Source: Vulcanimicrobiaceae bacterium
Lineage (GTDB): Bacteria; Vulcanimicrobiota; Vulcanimicrobiia; Vulcanimicrobiales; Vulcanimicrobiaceae
Direction: 5' to 3'
Assembly: GCA_046262595.1 (NCBI GenBank)
Contig: JBHEMM010000002.1
Coordinates: 1 to 15,032, forward strand
Length of the DNA: 15,032 nucleotides
Positions 9,616 through 15,032 of this stretch are shown piece by piece. A program made the position numbers and the translations under genes. Numbering within the stretch: position 1 is the first letter of the stretch; each line of letters starts with the position of its first letter. Under the pieces are notes generated by a model. It ran no database searches. It was given only the letters and a program-made list of their open reading frames with translations, and had not been told where the DNA came from.

Positions 9616-9636
9616 GAACGCCGCTGCGCGTTTTTT
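9616..9636 (+). terminator. Possible weak intrinsic terminator after the decarboxylase gene
   Basis: GAACGC-cgctgc-GCGTTT short stem running into a T6 tract at 9631-9636. Confidence 0.35.
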
Positions 9637-9639
9637 CGG

Positions 9640-9690
9640 CTTGCAAATCGGATTGCTCCAACCCGCGGATTGGATCGGTCCATTTGCAAG
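9640..9690 (+). repeat. Long imperfect inverted repeat/hairpin upstream of aceE
   Basis: CTTGCAAAT-c-GGATTG-c-TCCAA-(8-nt loop)-TTGGA-t-CGGTCC-ATTTGCAAG: a perfect 9-bp outer arm, a 6-bp middle arm with two G-U pairs, and a 5-bp inner arm. Confidence 0.75.
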
Positions 9691-9722
9691 GGAATGGACG
9701 GGCCGGGCGGAAGCCGCCCCGC

Positions 9723-12440
9723 ATGAGCATGACCGGCACACCTTCAACCCTTCCCCTTAACGGGAGCGCGACCGCCGAACCGGACCCGCAAGAAACGCGC
9801 GAATGGGTCGATGCGATGAGCGGGGTTCTCGAAAACGAGGGCCCGGCGCGCGCCAAAGAATTGATCGAGGCGATCGTCGATACCGCGCAGCGCGGCGGAG
9901 CGCACGTTTCGCTCGGCTTCTCCACGCCGTACATCAACACGATTCCGCCCTCCGAACAACCGCCGCTTCCCGGAAACGATGAGCTGGAGACGCGGATCCG
10001 TCACTACGTGCGCTGGAATGCGATGGCGCTCGTTGCGCGCGCGAATAAAGAATCGTCGGAGCTCGGCGGCCATGTCGCAAGCTTCGCGTCTTCAGCCACG
10101 CTCTACGACGTCGGCTTCAACCACTTCTTTCGCGCGCAAACCGCTCAGACGGGCGGCGATCTCGTGTATCTGCAGGGACATTCGGCGCCCGGGTTTTATG
10201 CGCGTGCGTTTATCGAAGGACGCATCACCGAAGAGCAGCTCGAGAACTTCCGCCGTGAGGTGGACGGCAAAGGCATCTCTTCGTACCCGCATCCATGGCT
10301 GATGCCGGACTTTTGGCAATTTCCCACCGTCTCCATGGGCCTCGGGCCGATCATGTCGATCTATCAGGCGCGCTTCATGCGCTACATGAACGATCGCGGA
10401 CTGATCGAGGCGGGAGACCGCAAAGTGTGGGCGTTCCTGGGTGACGGCGAGATGGACGAACCCGAATCGACCGGAGCCATATCGCTTGCCGGACGCGAGC
10501 ACGTCGACAATTTGATCTGGGTGATCAACTGTAACCTGCAGCGCCTCGACGGCCCCGTGCGCGGCAACGGCAAGATTATTCAAGAGCTCGAAACGCTTTT
10601 TCGCGGCGCCGGATGGAACGTTATCAAAGTTATTTGGGGAAGCGCGTGGGACCAGTTGCTCGAGCGCGACGGTACCGGGCGCCTGGTGCACTTGATGAAC
10701 GAGTGCGTGGACGGCGATTACCAAACATTCAAATCGCGCGACGGAAAATTCGTACGCGATGAATTCTTCGGCCGGTACGAAGAAACGCGCGACCTGGTTG
10801 CACACATGAGCGACGAGGACATTTGGGCGCTGCAGCGCGGCGGCCACGATCCGCGAAAAGTCTATGCGGCGTACAAGGCGGCCTTCGAACACAAAGGGCA
10901 GCCCACCGTCATCCTTGCAAAAACCATAAAAGGCTACGGCATGGGCGTCTCGGGCGAAGGGCAGAACATCGCGCACCAAGCCAAGAAGATGAAAGTCGAA
11001 TCCATGCGCGCGTTCCGCGATCGCTTTCATCTGCCGATCCCCGATGCGGAAGTGGAAAAACTGAACTTCATCAAGCCCTCGGAAGACAGTGAGGAGATGA
11101 AGTACCTTCGCGCGCTGGTTGAGAAGCGCGGATACATTCCCTCGCGGCGGCAAAAATCGATGTCGCTTGCCGTACCGGAACGCGCCGCGCTGCAGCCGCA
11201 TATCGCCGCAGCGACGGGCGATCGTGAAATCTCCACGACGATGGCGTTCGTGCGCATCTTTACGACGCTGCTCAAAGATAAGGAGATCGGTCGGCGCATC
11301 GTGCCGATCGTCGCCGACGAATCGCGCACGTTCGGCATGGAAGGGTTGTTCCGGCAGCTCGGCATCTATTCGAGCGTGGGTCAGCTGTACAAGCCGCAAG
11401 ACGCCGAACAGCTGATGTGGTACCGGGAAGACAAGCAGGGCCAGATTCTGCAGGAAGGCATCAACGAAGCCGGCGCGATCTCGTCGTGGATCGCTGCGGG
11501 AACCTCGTACTCCTCGCACAATGAGCCGATGATTCCGTTCTACATTTTCTACTCGATGTTCGGCTTTCAGCGCGTCGGCGATCTCGCGTGGGCAGCAGCC
11601 GATTCGCGCACCCGCGGCTTCTTGCTCGGTGCAACCTCCGGACGCACGACGCTCAACGGCGAAGGGCTGCAGCACGAAGACGGCCACAGTCAAGTGTTTG
11701 CGTCGTTCGTTCCGAACTGCGTTTCATACGATCCCACATACGGCTACGAGCTCGCCGTCATCATCCAAGACGGATTGCGGCGCATGGTCGCGGAGCAAGA
11801 AGATGTGTACTACTACATCACGCTGCTCAACGAAAATTACAAACATCCCGCGATGCCGGCAAATGCCGAAGAGGGCATTTTGCGCGGCATGTATCTGCTG
11901 CGCGAAGCCGATGCCGGCAAGAAGACGCCGCGCGTCCAGTTGGCCGGCAGCGGCGCGATTCTGCGCGAGGCCGAAGCGGCTGCCGATCTGCTGCGTGAGG
12001 ACTTCGGCGTTGCCGCGGACGTCTGGAGCGCAACCAGTTTGAACGAGCTGCGGCGCGACGGCATCGAGTGCGAACGGTACAACCTGCTGCATCCGCAGCA
12101 AACGCCGCGCGTGCCGTACGTCGCGAAATGCCTGGAAGGCCACGCCGGCCCGTTTGTGATTTCGACCGATTATCTGCGCACGTTCGGCGATCAGATCCGC
12201 CCGTATGCGGGTGCCGACGGCAAGCAGCCGCGCCGCTTTGCCGCGCTTGGCACCGACGGCTTCGGCCGCAGCGACACACGGCGAAAACTGCGCGAGTTCT
12301 TTGAAGTCGACCGGCGCTATGTCGCGCTCGCCGCCCTCAAGGCGCTCGCCGACGACGGAACGATCGATGCCACAGTGGTTGCGCAGGCCATCAAAAAATA
12401 CGCGATCGATCCGAACAAACCGAATCCGGTGAGCGTCTAA
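9723..12440 (+). CDS. aceE: Pyruvate dehydrogenase E1, homodimeric AceE type
   Basis: Motifs DPQETREW, GGHVASFAS, YLQGHSAPG, QFPTVSMGLG, the TPP-binding GDGEMDEPES...NCNLQRLDGPV, DESRTFGMEG, EGLQHEDG and LGTDGFGRSD. Start at ATG 9723 or 9729. Confidence 0.97.
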   Translation: MSMTGTPSTLPLNGSATAEPDPQETREWVDAMSGVLENEGPARAKELIEAIVDTAQRGGAHVSLGFSTPYINTIPPSEQPPLPGNDELETRIRHYVRWNAMALVARANKESSELGGHVASFASSATLYDVGFNHFFRAQTAQTGGDLVYLQGHSAPGFYARAFIEGRITEEQLENFRREVDGKGISSYPHPWLMPDFWQFPTVSMGLGPIMSIYQARFMRYMNDRGLIEAGDRKVWAFLGDGEMDEPESTGAISLAGREHVDNLIWVINCNLQRLDGPVRGNGKIIQELETLFRGAGWNVIKVIWGSAWDQLLERDGTGRLVHLMNECVDGDYQTFKSRDGKFVRDEFFGRYEETRDLVAHMSDEDIWALQRGGHDPRKVYAAYKAAFEHKGQPTVILAKTIKGYGMGVSGEGQNIAHQAKKMKVESMRAFRDRFHLPIPDAEVEKLNFIKPSEDSEEMKYLRALVEKRGYIPSRRQKSMSLAVPERAALQPHIAAATGDREISTTMAFVRIFTTLLKDKEIGRRIVPIVADESRTFGMEGLFRQLGIYSSVGQLYKPQDAEQLMWYREDKQGQILQEGINEAGAISSWIAAGTSYSSHNEPMIPFYIFYSMFGFQRVGDLAWAAADSRTRGFLLGATSGRTTLNGEGLQHEDGHSQVFASFVPNCVSYDPTYGYELAVIIQDGLRRMVAEQEDVYYYITLLNENYKHPAMPANAEEGILRGMYLLREADAGKKTPRVQLAGSGAILREAEAAADLLREDFGVAADVWSATSLNELRRDGIECERYNLLHPQQTPRVPYVAKCLEGHAGPFVISTDYLRTFGDQIRPYAGADGKQPRRFAALGTDGFGRSDTRRKLREFFEVDRRYVALAALKALADDGTIDATVVAQAIKKYAIDPNKPNPVSV

Positions 12441-12442
12441 CG

Positions 12443-13972
12443 ATGGCGACAACGAACGTTGCCGTTCCGGACATCGGCGACTTCCAAGATGTTCCGGTGA
12501 TCGAAGTGCTCGTCAAGCCGGGCGACACCGTGAAGAAAAACGATTCACTCGTCGTTCTGGAGTCGGAGAAAGCGTCGATGGAGGTTCCCGCGGACGCGGA
12601 CGGCGTCGTGCAGGCGGTCAACGTGAACGTCGGCGACAAAGTCTCGAAGGGAACCGTGCTCCTGACGCTCAGCGCCGGCGGCGCGCCGCAACCGGAAAGC
12701 ACACCGCAGGCAGCGGAGCCGGCCGCAGCTCAAGCGGCCGTCGAGTTGCGCGTTCCGGACATTGGAGATTTTTCCGATATTCCGGTGATCGAGGTGCTCG
12801 TGAAAGCGGGCGACGCGATCGCCAAAGACGATCCCGTTGCCGTCCTCGAGTCCGATAAGGCGTCGATGGAAGTGCCCGCCGCGGCCGGCGGCACCGTGCA
12901 GGACGTGCGCGTGAAAGTGGGCGACAAGGCTTCGAAGGGAACGGTTCTCGCCACAGTGCTCACGACGGCAACGGCGCCCGCCCCCGCTGCAAAACAGCCC
13001 GCACCACCGGCGCAGACGATAGTGCCCGCGCAAAGCGTACGGGAGCGGGCGCAAGCACCTTCCGAAAACGGCAGCGCCCATGCGAGCCCTTCGATACGCC
13101 GTTTCGCCCGCGAATTGGGCGTCGATCTGGCGCGGGTTGCACCGAGCGGCCCGAACCGCCGCGTGCGGCGCGAAGACGTGCAAAGGCTCGTCAAGGACAT
13201 GCTGCGCGACGGCGGCGCGCACGTTGCCGCCTCGGAAAGTTTCTCCGTCGCAGCGTGGCCGCGCGTGGACTTCGCGCAGTTCGGCGAAATCGAACGCAAG
13301 CCGCTCACGCGCATTCAGAAGCTTTCCGGTCCGAATCTGCACCGCAATTGGGTGATGATTCCGCACGTCACGCAGAATGACGACGCCGATGTGACGGATC
13401 TCGAACCGTTCCGCAAAATGCTCAACGTCGAATTGGAGCGTTCGGGCGTTAAGGTCACGATGCTCGCGTTCCTGATGAAAGCCGCGGTCGCCGCGCTCAA
13501 ACAATTTCCGGCGTTCAACAGCTCGCTTGACGGCGACGATCTCGTTTTCAAACGTTACTACAACATCGGTTTCGCGGCCGACACACCGAACGGCTTGGTG
13601 GTGCCGGTGATCCGCAACGCCGATGGCAAAGGCATCGCAGACCTTGCCAAGGAGACGTCCGAACTCGCCGCGCTAGCGCGTGAAGGCAAACTTTCGCTCG
13701 CGCAGATGCAGGGCGGGACATTCACGATCTCGAGTTTGGGAAGCATCGGCGGTACGTATTTCACCCCCATCATCAATGCGCCCGAGGTTGCAATCTTGGG
13801 CGCGTGCAAAGCCGGGGTGCGGCCTGTGTGGAACGGCAAAGAATTCACGCCGCGCTTGATGCAGCCGCTCTCGCTCTCGTACGATCACCGCGTGATCGAC
13901 GGCGCATCGGCCGCACGGTTTACCGGTTATCTCGCGTCGGTTCTGGCAGATCTGCGCCGGGCGCTGGTGTAG
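12443..13972 (+). CDS. aceF: Dihydrolipoyllysine-residue acetyltransferase (PDH E2) with two lipoyl domains
   Basis: Two lipoyl domains (ESEKASMEVP, ESDKASMEVP), an E1/E3-binding segment HASPSIRRFARELGVDL, and the catalytic LSYDHRVIDGA. Starts 2 nt after the aceE stop. Confidence 0.96.
   Translation: MATTNVAVPDIGDFQDVPVIEVLVKPGDTVKKNDSLVVLESEKASMEVPADADGVVQAVNVNVGDKVSKGTVLLTLSAGGAPQPESTPQAAEPAAAQAAVELRVPDIGDFSDIPVIEVLVKAGDAIAKDDPVAVLESDKASMEVPAAAGGTVQDVRVKVGDKASKGTVLATVLTTATAPAPAAKQPAPPAQTIVPAQSVRERAQAPSENGSAHASPSIRRFARELGVDLARVAPSGPNRRVRREDVQRLVKDMLRDGGAHVAASESFSVAAWPRVDFAQFGEIERKPLTRIQKLSGPNLHRNWVMIPHVTQNDDADVTDLEPFRKMLNVELERSGVKVTMLAFLMKAAVAALKQFPAFNSSLDGDDLVFKRYYNIGFAADTPNGLVVPVIRNADGKGIADLAKETSELAALAREGKLSLAQMQGGTFTISSLGSIGGTYFTPIINAPEVAILGACKAGVRPVWNGKEFTPRLMQPLSLSYDHRVIDGASAARFTGYLASVLADLRRALV
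12464..12949 (+). repeat. Internal duplication encoding the two lipoyl domains of aceF
   Basis: Similar DNA units start at 12464 (gttccggacatcggcgac) and 12752 (gttccggacattggagat), 288 nt apart. Confidence 0.85.
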
Positions 13973-13977
13973 CGCCC

Positions 13978-15032
13978 TTACGCGGCGGCCGTCTGGCGCG
14001 CGCGCAATTGTCGCAGTACGTACTGCAGAATGCCGCCGTGGCGGTAGTATTCCGCTTCGTCGGGCGTATCGATCCGAACGAGCGTTTGAAATTCGATGGT
14101 GCGGCCGTTTGCATCCGTGGCGCGCATGTGCGCGCGCATGCGCGGCGTCACGCCGTGCTCCAGGCCCGTGATGTCGAACGTCTCTTCGCCGCTCAAGCCG
14201 TACGTGGTGCGGTCGGCGCCGTATTCAAACTCCAGCGGTAGAATGCCCATGCCGATGAGGTTGCTGCGGTGAATCCGCTCGAACGATTCGGCAACGACGG
14301 CACGGATCCCGAGCAAGAATGGACCCTTTGCCGCCCAATCGCGCGACGAACCGGAGCCGTATTCCTTGCCTGCGATCACGATCAGCGGTGTTCCGTCTTC
14401 TTTGTACCGCATGGCGGCATCGAAGATCGACGTTTGCTCGCCGGACGGCAGATAGCGCGTGTATCCGCCTTCGACGCCGGGAACGAGCAGATTGCGCAAG
14501 CGCACGTTGGCAAACGTGCCGCGCACCATCACTTCGTGGTTGCCGCGGCGCGCGCCGTACGAATTAAAGTCCGGCGGCTCGACGCCGCGGTCCATCAAGT
14601 AGATCGCGGCCGGACTGACCTTCGAGATATTGCCCGCGGGCGAGATGTGATCGGTCGTGACGCTGTCGCCGAGCAGCGCTAAGACGCGCGCGCCGTGAAT
14701 ATCGCTCACCCCGGACGGCTCCGCGCTCATCGCTTCGAAATACGGGGGATGCTTGACGTATTCCGATTGCGGATCCCACGCGTACTGCTCGCTTTGCGGA
14801 ACCTGCAGTTTTGCCCAATTCTCATCGCCGCGGAACACATCGGCGTACGTTGCGCGGAACAGTTCCTCGCCCACGCATGCGGCGATAACGCGGGAAATCT
14901 CGGCGTTGGCCGGCCAGACGTCTTTCAAATACACGGGCTTGCCGTCGCGATCGTCGCCCAGCGGTTCGGTCGTCAGATCGATGTCCATGCGTCCTGCGAG
15001 GGCGTACGCGACGACCAGCGGCGGCGATGCCA
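13978..15032 (-). CDS. acnA: Aconitate hydratase AcnA, C-terminal part; 5' end lies beyond the window
   Basis: The frame is open to the right edge ([19 protein letters not shown]). Motifs [50 protein letters not shown] and [15 protein letters not shown]. Confidence 0.96.
   Translation of the reverse strand, partial: ASPPLVVAYALAGRMDIDLTTEPLGDDRDGKPVYLKDVWPANAEISRVIAACVGEELFRATYADVFRGDENWAKLQVPQSEQYAWDPQSEYVKHPPYFEAMSAEPSGVSDIHGARVLALLGDSVTTDHISPAGNISKVSPAAIYLMDRGVEPPDFNSYGARRGNHEVMVRGTFANVRLRNLLVPGVEGGYTRYLPSGEQTSIFDAAMRYKEDGTPLIVIAGKEYGSGSSRDWAAKGPFLLGIRAVVAESFERIHRSNLIGMGILPLEFEYGADRTTYGLSGEETFDITGLEHGVTPRMRAHMRATDANGRTIEFQTLVRIDTPDEAEYYRHGGILQYVLRQLRARQTAAA

Noticed and set aside
10092..13504. 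Long minus-strand ORFs (533, 242 and 319 aa) opposite aceE/aceF
   Set aside because: Antisense shadows of well-conserved genes.

Overview
GC-rich bacterial chromosomal window made up mostly of core and metabolic genes. I see no CRISPR array, tRNA, rRNA or mobile element. Left to right: a large secreted BNR/Asp-box beta-propeller protein (minus strand, cut by the left edge, absent from the ORF track), preceded on its strand by a 45-aa membrane ORF, DUF190 and crcB/fluC; a divergent lytic transglycosylase; a minus-strand run of thiC (with TPP riboswitch), an NRAMP-family transporter and a GmhB-like HAD phosphatase; an EamA/DMT transporter; a LigW-like amidohydrolase/decarboxylase with a twin-arginine signal; aceE-aceF without lpdA; and the 3' part of acnA. 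No clearly new multi-gene system is evident. The best leads are apparent non-canonical starts (ATA, GTA) overlapping upstream stop codons, the Tat-signal LigW homologue, a switch-like structured aceE leader, a TPP aptamer with no obvious P1 helix, and the small protein heading the fluoride-export operon.
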